From positions 87,358,001 to 87,422,000 of the forward strand of contig NC_042998.1 of assembly GCF_006345805.1 (NCBI RefSeq): 64,000 nt of DNA, read 5' to 3'. Shown piece after piece: positions 1 to 11,610 of this stretch (its first letter is position 1; the number at the start of each line of letters is the position of its first letter). The notes below the pieces were generated by a model. That model had not been told where the DNA came from. It saw only the letters and a program-made list of their open reading frames with translations, and did no database searches. The DNA is from Octopus sinensis. Its lineage: Eukaryota. Position numbers and translations under genes: made by a program.

Positions 1-1296
1 CGGCAGTCCGTCCAGGTACACACCGAAGTCTGTACCGTTGGAGTCCGTTCCACCGCTCGTCCCAAACAGTTGAGCAAAGTGCCGCTGAAGCACCGTACAC
101 ATCTGCTTCGGTTGGGTAACCTCGCGCCCGTTCTGGTCCACCAAAGACCGAATGGTTGCTCTGTTGCCTCGCTTCGCCTCCGCCACGCGGGCCCATCGAG
201 CGGCTCTAGTCCCCTCCCCGCTTAGCGAACGTGCCTTAGCTCTGACAACGCAGCCTTCGTGTTTGGCGTCGAAGTGTTGGTCGAGGGCCAACCTTGCCGC
301 CAACACGTTCGGTCGCGATGCCAGTGTCAAGAGCCTCGTCTAGTTTCTTAACTAAATCCCGCTCTCTCTTCCTACGTTCAATAGCTAGAGTCTTACTATA
401 CCTAATCGACTCTACTCTAATTGCTCTCTTGAGGGCAAACCACCAGTTGTTGTTGATGATTGCCCCCGTGAGCGCCCGCTTAACTAGTAAACTAATCCGG
501 TCTCTGTAAGCTTTGCACGCCGTTAACGACGCGTTCAGCTTCCAGTAGCCGGGTCCCTGTCTATGTAGCCTATCTAAGTCGACCGTACAGATCACTAATT
601 TGTGGTCCGTATATTCGACTAGGTGGAATTGTGGACACCCTACGCTGTCCTTATCCGCTGGCCTACAAAACACTCTATCTAAGTACGATCTAGACGACCC
701 GATGCGGTTTGTCCAAGTCCACATTGGCACATTCGGGTTGTCTAGTCGAAACCTGTCGGACAGCTGAAAGCGGCCGAGTAGGTTGGCGAGGCTCTTGCAC
801 CCTCCCCCTCTCCTATCAGACGCTCCCCTGCCCACCCGATCGAAACGTTCGTCTAAGACAGCGTTCCAATCCCCAACTAGTACTAGAGTGCGTGACGTTC
901 CCAGGAAAACTTCCAGACGTTTGAAATAATCCGACTGCCCTGCTCCTGTCGGAGCGTAGGCAGCCAGCAGTCTGAAAGCACCGCCGTCACTACCGTCCAC
1001 GTCGAGGACCACCAACTTACCTTCCGGATCCAAGAAGACTGTCCTTATTTTCAGGTCCAGGCCCTTCCGAAACAACACCGCAGTACCACCACCGCCGCCC
1101 CTCCCGGCCGACACGGAGATAGAAATATCTCGTATCCGCCGAAAAGGGCTGCGAGTTCCTGCGGGTCGGAGAGCCTGGTTTCACTGATGGCTGCTACATC
1201 CACATCATGAAACCTCAGGTCGTTTAACAGGTGACCCTGTTTCCAAGGTGACCCGAGGCCTCTCACATTCACGCAACCGATTCTAAGATTTGCCAT
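1..1296 (-). pseudogene. Tx1-like ORF2 N-terminus (APE endonuclease and linker) with two single-base frameshifts
   Basis: ATG at 1296; 1-nt loss in the G-rich run at ~1097-1105; 1-nt gain at ~308-309; the frame is then open to base 1 (DVLAARLALDQHFDAKHEGCVVRAKAR...DFGVYLDGLP). Confidence 0.88.
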
Positions 1297-1337
1297 GTTT
1301 CAAAAATTAGGGAAAAAAAAAGAGGAGAAAAAAGGCT

Positions 1338-3200
1338 CTACTTACTGTTGTTGGTGGTGGGGGTGGCTCCCTTGTGCTTTTGCACGGGTGCTTCAATAAT
1401 ATTTTTGTAAAGTTTCTGAGAGAAACTTTTCCCTAACGATCCCACATCGTTAGGGAATATTTGTTTTATTTCGTTGTAAACTGTTTTGTTTATTTTAATT
1501 GTGAGAATGTGTGCTGGTGGTGTGTTGTGTGTAGGTATTATGAAATCTGTAATGTTTGTGCTTGTTTTGTTTTTCAAATACTCAACCAGTTCCTGGTTTC
1601 TTGTATTCACTGCTGTAATCGTGTCTGTAATTGTGTCTGTGTTTGTTTGTGTCTGTGGTAGTGGCAGTAGTGGTGTCGAAAGTGTTGTTGTTGTTGTTTG
1701 TTGTTGTGAGTGTGTGTTGTTGTTGTTGATGTTGGGAAGTACTGTTTGTTCGTGCTTCCCCTGTAAATCTTTTTGTTTTTTCCTCCTTTTCTTTTTTGGA
1801 GGTACTATGTTCCATTCTCCTTTGTTGGAATCGGAGCTCGCACAATCCGAGATCTCTTCATCCGGCAAAGGAATGGTTGAGGGGTCTGCTTCAGTAGCAG
1901 GACGAAAAGTTTCTGGTTCCACCGGTATCGGTGGTGCCGCTGCTCCTGTTACTGTTGATGTCGCTGCTGTCGACCTTCGAGGTACTGGTGTCGGTGTTGG
2001 TTTGGTGGTGGTTGTCGGTGTTGGTTTGGTGGTGGTTGTTGTTGTTGGAGGTGGTGTTGCTCGTCTTGGTGATGGTGTTGGTGATGGTGTTGGTGGTGTG
2101 GCAGCCTTTGGTGTTTCTTGCTGTTTTTGTTGTTTCTTTGTGTTGTTGTTGCTGTGTTGTTGTTGTTGTTGTTGTTGCTGCTGCCTCTTGCTGAAAGCCT
2201 CCATCCTCTTTTTGTGAATGGGACAGTCCCTCTTTAAGTGGCTTTCGCTGCTGCAGAGAAAACATTTTGGCTTTCGCCCCTCCACAGCAACGTTTAGCCT
2301 GGTGCCGTCCGGCAAACTTACGAAATCAGGGATTTTACTTATATTCTCTTGCTGAATTTGCGCAAGAAGCAGCACTCCCATCCCCAACCAGTTTTTCGCC
2401 CTCACTCTCCTGACATCTAGAATGGTGGTAGTGTCCTCTATATCATAGAGGACAGCTGCCACCAGCCATGACATATTTAGCTCAGGGGGGACGAGGTCGA
2501 TTTTTATTTTTGTCACTCTTCGCCCGAGGTGGGTTGGAATTAGTAACAAATTCTCAGTTTGCAAGGGCGAAATGGCGTTCGCCCTTGCCAGCTCCTCTGT
2601 TGGGAAGCGAACCTCCACGGTTCCAAAACGCTTCCCCTTGGTTACGTAGCTCTTTTGGGCCCAAATGGGCTTTAGAGCTATCTCCAACTGTTGGGGTGTG
2701 GCATTTGTTATTCTTTTTAGTTTTCTGTCGAAAACTTTGTAAATTATTGTTTGCTTGTTGGTGCTTTCAATCACCTCTTGTGGAGTATTGAGGAAGATAC
2801 CATTGCCATCCTTCCTTAACAATTCCTTCGCTCTTTTCACATCTTCTAGAGTTATCTTAACTTCCTCCGAAATTTGCTTCGCAGCAGAAGCAAAATTGTT
2901 GGAAGTTTTTTCTTTTATCTCCGTGTCAATGTTTGTGATGATTTTTGTATTTGTTTTTTTTTCCTCCTCCTTCCGTACCAAAGCATTAGGTGAAGGCAGA
3001 GGGGGAAAATCGAGAATTACGTCGAACGCGACGTCCTGGCTTGCATTCTCCTTTTGAACGGAGCTCGTGCTCTGCGGTTCGGAAGGAGAATCTTTGTTGC
3101 CTTTTAAGGCGTGAAGTGGGTGTTTTGTACGAGTTGTGTGTGTTTGCGGAGGGAGTGTATCTTGAAGGAAGGAACAGCCAACTGTTCGCTTCATAGCCAT
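1338..3200 (-). CDS. Tx1-like ORF1 (gag-like nucleic-acid-binding protein, 620 aa from the first ATG)
   Basis: Uninterrupted ORF; single CCHC knuckle CFLCSSESHLKRDC (C-x2-C-x4-H-x4-C) after an RRM-like region; C-terminal Q/T/P low-complexity tract. The track start at 3242 is TTG; first ATG is at 3200. Confidence 0.88.
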   Translation of the reverse strand: MAMKRTVGCSFLQDTLPPQTHTTRTKHPLHALKGNKDSPSEPQSTSSVQKENASQDVAFDVILDFPPLPSPNALVRKEEEKKTNTKIITNIDTEIKEKTSNNFASAAKQISEEVKITLEDVKRAKELLRKDGNGIFLNTPQEVIESTNKQTIIYKVFDRKLKRITNATPQQLEIALKPIWAQKSYVTKGKRFGTVEVRFPTEELARANAISPLQTENLLLIPTHLGRRVTKIKIDLVPPELNMSWLVAAVLYDIEDTTTILDVRRVRAKNWLGMGVLLLAQIQQENISKIPDFVSLPDGTRLNVAVEGRKPKCFLCSSESHLKRDCPIHKKRMEAFSKRQQQQQQQQQHSNNNTKKQQKQQETPKAATPPTPSPTPSPRRATPPPTTTTTTKPTPTTTTKPTPTPVPRRSTAATSTVTGAAAPPIPVEPETFRPATEADPSTIPLPDEEISDCASSDSNKGEWNIVPPKKKRRKKQKDLQGKHEQTVLPNINNNNTHSQQQTTTTTLSTPLLPLPQTQTNTDTITDTITAVNTRNQELVEYLKNKTSTNITDFIIPTHNTPPAHILTIKINKTVYNEIKQIFPNDVGSLGKSFSQKLYKNIIEAPVQKHKGATPTTNNSK

Positions 3201-3506
3201 GTTTTTTTTTGTTGTAATATTCAAAATGTTGAAAAATGTCAAATGTTCAAAATTTTCAAACGTAATTTCACCCCGAATGGGGCAAAATTTCGCCCAACCG
3301 ACGAGCTCCGCAAGAAGCCGGTCGGTTTGGCTACAAAAATATTAAAAATATTCAAACCTAACAATAGATTTCCAATGAAATTGGTGTCAAATTCACGGAG
3401 CTGATTCACGTACGTCCATCGGCGTCGGAAGGAATAATAATAATAATAAATAGTAATTGTGTACAGTGCTCAGGTGCACTACAACTCATCTAAAGTGTAT
3501 ATATAA

Positions 3507-6270
3507 TCAGGTGTAGTTTCGGCGGATTTCGGAAAGCATGAGGGCCTTAAAGGATGCAGTGTCATGGCAGTCAACAACTGACGCAGGCAGTTTGTTCCAT
3601 GCTTCAGCAACTCTGAGCGTGAAAAAATGTTTCCGGAAATCATGGGAGCTGTATTGTTTTCTGACTTTGTAGGCATGTCCACGTGTGTTAGACACATGGA
3701 GATCAAAAAGGTGTTTAGTGTTGTTGTTGGTGAGGTGGTTGATAACTTTGTGGGTGTTTACCAAGTCCGTCGCCAGACGCCGGAGCTTCAGTGAATCCAT
3801 GCCCAGGGAAACAAGGCGCTCAGAATATGGTAGGCGTCTGATGTAGGGTATGCGTTTGGTTGCACGTCTCTGGACAGATTCCAGGAGGTCAATGTTCTGA
3901 GCAAGATAGGAATTCCAAACTGATGATTGGTCGTACCATAGCTGCATACAGTTTTAAATAGATGGCTGGAGAGCGGCTAACAAAAGTCTTGCTGAGTGAT
4001 GCCAAGACACCCTCGGCCTTCTTGACAATTTTAGAGATATACTTTGTCCAACGCAAATCACTGCTGACAGTGATGCCTAGGTCACGCTCGCAAGAGGATT
4101 TCTTGATATCAGTGTTGTGGAGGGAGTATGTGGACGCAGGGTTTTTTCTCCCAAAATGCATGGTGGTACACTTGTCCACAGCCAGTTTCAGTTGCCAGTC
4201 TGTGATCCATTGCTGCATTGTGTCTAGGTCTGATTGCAGGAAAGAGTTGTAGACATCAGGGTCTGTCCTCTTGATTTCAAGGTACAGCTTGATGTCGTCT
4301 GCATATTTCAATATTGTGGCATTCTTTAAATTGGCATCTATGTCATTAATGTATGCCACAAACAAGAGGGGACCAAGGACAGATTCCTGTGGTACACCCG
4401 ATGACATCTCATATGGTGTAGAATGCTGTCCTAGAACTGTGACTACCTCCTTTCGGCTGAGAATGAAGGATTTCAACCAGTTAAAAAGGTCGTCCCTCAC
4501 ACCCATTGCAGAGAGTTTCACCATAAGCCTTTTGTGTGGCACTGAGTTGAAAGCCTTAGCAAAGTCAAGGTAGACAACATCCACCCATGAGCCACTGTCA
4601 GTGATCTGAGTAATGTCCTCAAGGAACTCGACAAGCTGATCAATGCAGCTGGAGTTAGGGACAAATCCATATTGTGAGGGTCGGATGAGACTGTGAGAGC
4701 TCCAGAAGTTCCAGAGTGTTTCTCTGACTCACGATTCCATCAGTTTTGCAATACAGCTAGTGAGACTGACTGGGCGATAGTTGACAGGTGATGTGCGGTC
4801 GCCCTTTTTGAACAGAAGAATGACACTGGCAGTTTTCCACTGCTCCGGAGTAGCACCATTGTTGAGACAGTACTGGAAGAAAATAGAAAGCTGGTGTAAA
4901 AGGAAGTACCTGCCACGTTTGAGAAGCAGGTATGTAACTCCATCGAGACCAGGGGAGGCATAGTTGCGCTTATTTTGAAGGTGACGTCGCAGCATTGCAG
5001 GTGTAAATTCCATAGTTGTTATGGAATTTGCTGTTAGAGATGGTGAAGATGGTACATTTTGAGTTTCAACAGTGAATATGTTTGCATAGCACTCGGCAAT
5101 GAGTTCTGCGCATTCCTTGGGGTCGTCAGTGATCTGGTTTGTGTGAGGGTTGCGAAGAGGGCCCACTGGAGAGTGAGGTCTCTGCTTCGAATGCACATAT
5201 TTCCAGAAAACCTTGCTGTCAGGATTGGCTGCTATGCACTGTTCAAATTCAAGCACTGCTTTTTTTGTCACTTGCTTGAGATGGTTGGAAGTTTTATTCC
5301 GCTTCTTCCTGTTGGTGTTTGATTTATGCAACTTGTTTTCCCATTCAGCAGTCCGACGTTCCTTCCTGGCAAGTCGGACCGCTGAAGTTTCCCAAATTGC
5401 CCTTTTGGGGCGGTTCTTCTTTTTCTGTTTACGTGGCACTGATGCTGCACATGCTGCCCATATTGAGTCCAGGATACTCTAGAGTATAGTATTCACATCT
5501 CCAGAGTTGTAGAATTCACGCCAGTTTGGGTGCTGTAGTTCAGTGTGGTACAGGTTCCAATCTGCTCTCTTCCAATCGAAGGAAGCAGATTGGAGATGGT
5601 TCAGGTTTTTGTTGTTGCCCGCAAGAGCCAGATTGGCGATGATCATAGCATGATCAGAGTCACCTAGAGGTTCCTCCGTAGTGCAATTGATAACCGCTTC
5701 AGGAGTTGTGGTGAAGAGCAGGTCCACGGTGTTGTCGCCTCTTGTTCGGGAGGTGACTACTTGTGACCAGTTTGAGTCCAGTACAAGCTCAACAAAATCG
5801 TTTGCACTCTGTGGCCAATGGAAGGTTTCCCAATTGATCTCAGGATGATTGAAATCGCCTGCAATAAAAACATAAGTGGCTGTTTTCCTGGCAGCAGCTC
5901 GGAGGATATCGCAAAGCTGTGTGTCTTGATGGTAATTTGGGGGACGATAAACAACACCAAGCAGGAGTGTTGACATGGTCATACGTACGTCACAGAAAAA
6001 AAACTTCTTGGGATTCGTTCAAATCGGCACAAGGAATTACCGAAAAATTTGGACGAACATAGACCATCACACCACCACCACGGCGGTTAATGCGGTCCTT
6101 GCGGAAGAGGTTGTACCCCGTAATGTTGAAAACCCCATCACAGAGTAAGGAATGTGCCCATGTTTCCGTGACAGTGATGAAGTCAGGGTCAATACTTCTG
6201 ACGTAGGCGTTGAACAAATGTATTTTGTTGCATAAACTGCGAGCATTTAAGGACCCTGCTTGCAGTTTAT
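3507..6270 (-). pseudogene. CR1-like ORF2 (APE endonuclease and reverse transcriptase), multiply frameshifted
   Basis: Collinear ORF-track fragments 5990-6217, 5479-5982, 4729-5439, 3889-4584 and 3507-3947 carry consecutive EN/RT motifs. Confidence 0.9.
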
Positions 6271-6294
6271 GATGGTTTGTACCCTGCTTGCAGT

Positions 6295-7395
6295 TTATGA
6301 TGGTGTGTAGAGGATGGCAGGTTGTTCTGGTTTAGTTTCCCTGAGTTGCTGTAGTTTTTTTAGATTTTTTTTCAGTGTCAATTATTGTGGGTAGAGAGCA
6401 CTCAGACCAGCTGGTATCTCTCTTCCATGTTTCACCAGTCTTAACAAATCTCCAGATTTGTCCATCTTCATGAAGACTGAAACTTTCTTGTAGAGCTGCG
6501 TTCCGGTTCAGGAAGCCGCTACACGTAGCTTCGGACGTACATCGAATGGTAAGCCTGGGCGTGTTCGGAAGGTAGTCCGATTTTCACGCCCAGCTTTAAC
6601 TGAGGCCAGATGGTATGAGGTTGCCTCAGCGTGGTCTGAAAAAGACAGCTTGATGAGCCTGGGTTTTGGGCCAGGTCGTCCAAGGCGGAGAGCACCCGTT
6701 GGGGGAACGCAGCCTAGGTCTTTGGCTGAGTTGGCAGCAAATGCCTGAAGATCAGCCATGTCTTCTGGCACCCCAATGGCAATAACTTCATGGGTAGCAG
6801 AATCCGCGGTCTTAGATGCGGCAAGAAGTACAGGGAGGTTCTTTAGCAGAGCATGCCGATAAGACTCCTCATTGTGGAGTCCAACCTGAATGCTTGCTTT
6901 TATTCCTGCTACTTCCCCTCTTAAAGCACAGATCGATTGTTGCAGTTCTGCAAGAACCGCACTGGTCAATTGGTGTTGTTGGTGTTGTTGCTGCTGCTGC
7001 TCTAGTTGTGGTTGATTTTGTTGTTGCTGCTGTTGCTGTTCCGCCTCCTCCACGGGAGTGACAAGGGGAGACACAATCGTCGGTTGTGGAGGCACGTAGG
7101 CCTGACACTGAAAAGTCCAAGATTTAAGCTGAACCATCTTCCAGAGTCTATCCATCATAGCATTATGATGGCTCTTTTTTTGGCCTGGGATCTTCTGAAA
7201 GTCTGTGAAACATTGGAGGCAGACAGAGATGAGACATGTCCCACATTCGACCCAGCGATTACGGAACGTATTTTCGGGTTCCGTACAGATGTGGCAGGTG
7301 TGATTTTCAGGGCAGTGTTCTATTTTGGAGCAGCGACCAGTCTTATCGCACTCCACTATGGATTCCACCATGGCGATTTTGTTGCTTCTGGTCAT
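6295..7395 (-). pseudogene. CR1-like ORF1 with PHD-type zinc finger and polyQ
   Basis: ATG at 7395 (MTRSNK); CHICTE...VECGTCLISVCLQC...FQCQAY (last Cys apparently mutated); frameshift near 6510, with the C-terminus continuing in another frame to TAA at 6295. Confidence 0.78.
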
Positions 7396-8857
7396 CCGTA
7401 GAGACAGAAAATGTAAACAACAATACGATAAAAGTAAAATATTTGTTTTTGATTCGTTCTTTTTTTTTGTGTATATTCCTTTTGTTCTTAAATATTGTGT
7501 GTGTATATACACATGTTTCGTTCTTTTTTGTGTATATTCCTTTTTTTCTTAAATATTGCGTGTGTATACATAAAAGGATTTGTGCGTATGTTTAGTGTAG
7601 ACACGGAGAGAGTTTGTAAACAGAAATGAAATTAGTGATTTTTCATTTTTTGCGGTGTAGTCCGCCACATTAAATAGTGTGATTTATTTTCACTCTGCAC
7701 GTATATATATGTGTGCTACAAGTATCTATGTATGTCACTGCTTTATAAATTTTTGGACGTACTTACTGTCGTTCAACGTTGTCTTTTACCCTCAACTACA
7801 CGTGGTGAATTCTTCCATTGTAGATCTGTGGTGGTTATCGTCGTAATATTTTCTCTTTAGTTTCTTCGCCAAATTGATTATACCCTAATCAAACCATTTG
7901 TTTGTCTACTTGTGAATGTGTCTTTGTTTTAATAACATTGTATTTTCCTCCTTTTCCTTTTTCATTCCCATATTATATGGAACTTCGGTGGACAGCTACT
8001 CTAAGACTCCAGCTGCCAGCTCGCCAAACACTCATGTATAATATCATAAGTGCATCAAGCTTGTTAGTTCAGAAGAGCAAGATCTATTGTAGAACAGACA
8101 GAAGGAAGGGTACAGCTATTGGTTGTTATGTATAGACAAATGAATCCTTGCCAATCAGTTGGGTGGCTTTTAGGGACACAACCATGCCTATGTGTGAGCA
8201 TACAGGTGTGTGTGCGTGCGTGCGTGGCTTTTAGGGACACTACCTTGCCTATGTGTGAGCATACAGGTGTGTGTGCGTGCATGCGTTTATAACAGCTGTT
8301 CTAATAAAGATGTATGAAGAGTTCACTGAAGGGAGATAGACTCGTGCTTTGAATAGGATTTAGAGCTGAAGTTGTTTCTGAGCATGAAGTGACAGTAAAG
8401 TTTTTTAGACGCATCCAGCTGCACTTTTAGCTCCTTTTATAGATATGTGCCATAATGAGAGATCATCAGAGAGTGAGAGAAGCCCATCAAATAACTAAAG
8501 AAATATTGATGATCAATAGAAAATGGCTCTGTCAAAACTCAGTAGCTCACAAGAACATTTACTTCACTTACCTTTCTCAGAAGAAATAGTTCTTGTTTTC
8601 TTCAATGTATACAACTCCTCTTTGCTCCCTTATTCCCCTCAGATTGATTCAACTGGTAAAAACAAAATCTTCATTAACTGGAATTCTCTACATTAATCAG
8701 TGTCCTCATATATTGGTAGTTTTGACCATCACACCAACTTTTTTAAACTGAAAGTTTGCACCATAAAACAGTCTCTTTCCACATTGGATCATCCAACAAT
8801 TGTTTAATCAAAGCTTTTTACATTATCTGTCATCATCATCATCATCATTGTCATTTA

Positions 8858-9070
8858 GGCGGCGAGCTGGCAGAAATGTTAGCATGCCAGACGAAATGCA
8901 TAGCAGTATTTCATCTGTCTTTACGTTCTGAGTTTTAATTCCACTGAGGTTGACTTTTCCTTTCATCCTTTTGGGGTAGATAAATTAAGTACCAGTTGCA
9001 TACTGGAGTTGATCTAAAATCGACTGACCCCTCCCCAAAAATTTTGGGCCTTGTGCCTAGAGCAGAAAAG
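8858..9070 (+). mobile_element. SINE family B (GGCGGCGAGCTGGCAGAA head; ...TTTCATCCTTT-GGGGTCGATAAATTAAGTACCAG core)
   Basis: The same ~200-bp sequence recurs at ~15580-15730, ~21180-21390, ~31630-31850 (+) and ~48050-48230, ~54130-54270 (-); it has a B-box-like GAGTTCAAATTC. Confidence 0.8.
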
Positions 9071-9891
9071 AAAAGCATCATCATCATCATCGTCATCGTC
9101 ATCAACATCATCATTAGTTAACATCCATTTTCCATGATGGCATTGGTTGGATGGTTTGACAGCATCCTACAAGCTGCATGGCTGTATCAAACTCCACTGT
9201 CAATTTTGACAAGATATCTATGGTTGGATGCCCTTCCTTATGCTTCCCAACCCCATGGTTCAGTCCCACTGCATGACATCTTGGGCAGGTGTCTTCTACA
9301 ATAGCCTAGGGCTGACTAAAGCCATGAAAGTGAATTTGGTTGATGGAAACTGAAAGAAGCCCTTTGTGTGTGTGTGTATGTGTATCTATTGGTTGTCCCA
9401 ACATTGCTTGACAACTGTTGTTGTTGTGTTTATGTCTCTGCAACTTAGTGGTTTGACAAAAGAGATCGATAGAATAAGTACCAAGCTTTAAATAAAATAG
9501 GTACCGGGACCAATTCCTTTGACAAAATATTCTCCAAGGCAGTGCTCCAGCATGGCCACAGTCAAATAGCTGAAACAAATAAAAGATACACACACATACA
9601 CACACATTCACACGCACACTCACACACACAATACGTAGTATTAAAATCACGACAATATAGCTGGTTGCCAAATTTGATAATCAGATTTCCTTACACACTG
9701 ATACTATTTTCAGAACAAATAAGGTTTCCAAAGCCACAGGTATCCAATATTTATTGTGTCCTCAAGATGTTATCAAAGAGTTATTCCAAAATTGTCTATT
9801 GTAACAATGACGAGAAGCTGGAAGCTGAGAGCTAAAAATATATTGTATGGACAACATAGGTTTCAACACAATATATATATATTATAGTTTT

Positions 9892-9951
<60 letters not shown>

Positions 9952-9955
<4 letters not shown>

Positions 9956-11070
9956 TAACTGCTAGAGTAAGAATAGCTTGGGCAAAGTTCAGAGAGCTCT
10001 TACCTCTGCTGGTGACAAAAGGCCTCTCGCACAGAGTGAAAGGCAGACTGTATGATGCGTGTGTACGAACAGCCATGCTACATGGCAGTGAAACATGGGC
10101 CGTGACTGCTGAGGATATGCGTAAGCTCGCTAGAAATGAAGCCAGTATGCTCCGATGGATGTGTAATGCCGGTACTCACACTCGGCAGAGTGTAAGTACC
10201 TTGAGAGAAAAGCTGGACCTAAGAAGCATCAGTTGTGGTGTGCAAGAGAGACGTTTGCGCTGGTATGGTCATGTGGCGAGAATGGATGAAGATAGTTGTG
10301 TGAAAAAGTGCCACACCCTAGCGGTTGAGGGAACCTGTAGAAGAGGCAGACCCAGGAAAACCTGGGACGAGGTGGTGAAGCACGACCTTCGAACTTTAGG
10401 TCTCACTGAGGAAATGACTAGAGACCGAGACCTCTGGAAGTGTGCTGTGCGCGAGAAGACCCGGCAGGACAAGTGAGTCCATAACCCGTGGCCTTCTAGA
10501 TGGGATGGAGCCAGCCTACGTATGCATACCTTCCCTTCTTGGGACACAAAACTCTACTTGTGAAGACGTGTTGAGGCAAGTGAGGATCAGAATCGAAATC
10601 GATCAATGGAAATTGCGGATGTGCTACCAGTGCCGGTGGCATGTCAAAACTCTGCTTGTGAAGACCCGTTGAGGCAAGTGAGGATCAGAATCGAAATCAA
10701 TCAATGGAAATTGCAGATGTGTTACCAGTGCCGGTGGCATGTAAGAGAACTTTCCGTTTCGCGACCGTTACCAGCACCGCCCCGTTTCGTGTCCGTTGCC
10801 AGCCTCGCCTGGCCCTCGTGCCGGTGGCACATAAAAAGCACCATCCGTTCGTGGCCGTTTGCCAGCTCTGTCTGGCACCAGTGCGGGTGGCACGTAAAAA
10901 GCACCCACTACACTCACGGAGTGGTTGGTGTTAGGAAGGGCATCCAGCCATAGAAACACTGCCAGATTTGACTGGGCCTGATGAAGCCTTCTGGCTTCAC
11001 AGACCCCAGTAGAACCGTCCAACCCATGCTAGCATGGAAAACGGACGCTAAACGATGATGATGATGATGA
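9952..11070 (+). mobile_element. 5'-truncated RTE-clade LINE with repetitive 3' UTR and (GAT)n tail
   Basis: ARVRIAWAKFRELLPLL...AMLHGSETW...RLRWYGHVARM...GRPRKTW is the RTE ORF C-terminus; it starts directly after a (TA)n run; the 3' end is CCAACCCATGCTAGCATGGAAAACGGACGCTAAAC(GAT)n. Confidence 0.9.
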
Positions 11071-11239
11071 TATATTATCATTGTCATCATCACCATATAA
11101 CATTCGCTTTCTATGCTAACATAAGTCTCCTTATTTGGATTATATATTATTCTTTGTTAGACTCACACATTGAATTTACTGATGTTGTACCTGGATTTTC
11201 TACACCAGCAGAATTTCAATCTTCCTCAGGGTTCTGATT

Positions 11240-11610
11240 CAAGAGAGTAGATAACTACAAACTCATGTTGAGTGCTGCATTGGAAATTCTCCTACTTTTC
11301 ACCTGATTAGGATTATATATTAGAGGTGTTATGTATTACTTTATCTTTGATGCCTCTAGATCTGTTATTATTATTCTGATTAATATTAGAGGGATTATAT
11401 ATTAATTTGTCTTTTAAACCACTATTGGCTAGGGCATTGTTATAGTAGGAGGCTGTTTTCTTGAAAATTTCTTTAGATGAAGAGAGGTTAGACACTCTGT
11501 TACTAATATTAACTATTTCACAGTTTGAATAAGCCACATATCTAGTTATACTCATTATCAAAATGAAGCAAAAGTAATAGGAGAAGTTTGAGAAAATGAA
11601 ATAGAAACAA
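11240..11610 (-). mobile_element. Penelope-like element fragment (RT C-terminal region)
   Basis: NISNRVSNLSSSKEIFKKTASYYNNALANSGLKDKLIY resembles the post-RT region of Penelope-like elements; recognised from memory. Confidence 0.55.

Larger units (their letters stand above)
1..3432 (-). mobile_element. Tx1/L1-clade non-LTR retrotransposon, 5' part (continues beyond the window start)
   Basis: 5' UTR, ORF1 with a CCHC knuckle, 41-nt pyrimidine-rich spacer, then ORF2 with an APE endonuclease (CVNVRGL, AISETRL, LVGDWNAV, SYLDRVF, TDHKLV) followed by GPGYWKLNASL, typical of L1/Tx1 ORF2. Confidence 0.9.
3433..7900 (-). mobile_element. CR1-clade LINE, near full length, degraded
   Basis: ORF1 with a PHD-like finger; ORF2 fragments with APE (GSLNARSLCNK, TETW, IAGDFNHP, SDH), RT (PQESVLGP, KYADD) and CR1-type C-terminus (HFFTLRVAEAWNKLP); 3' stem-loop at 3465-3480 and (TTA)n tail at 3433-3450. 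The 5' boundary is approximate. Confidence 0.9.

Noticed and set aside
1486-2217. Long + strand ORFs rich in V/C/G overlapping Tx1 ORF1, and similar antisense ORFs over the CR1
   Set aside because: They are antisense shadows of low-complexity Q/T/P coding sequence and carry no domain motifs.
9847-10476. 209-aa ORF as a host gene
   Set aside because: The N-terminus is a (TA)n read-through and the rest is an RTE LINE C-terminus.
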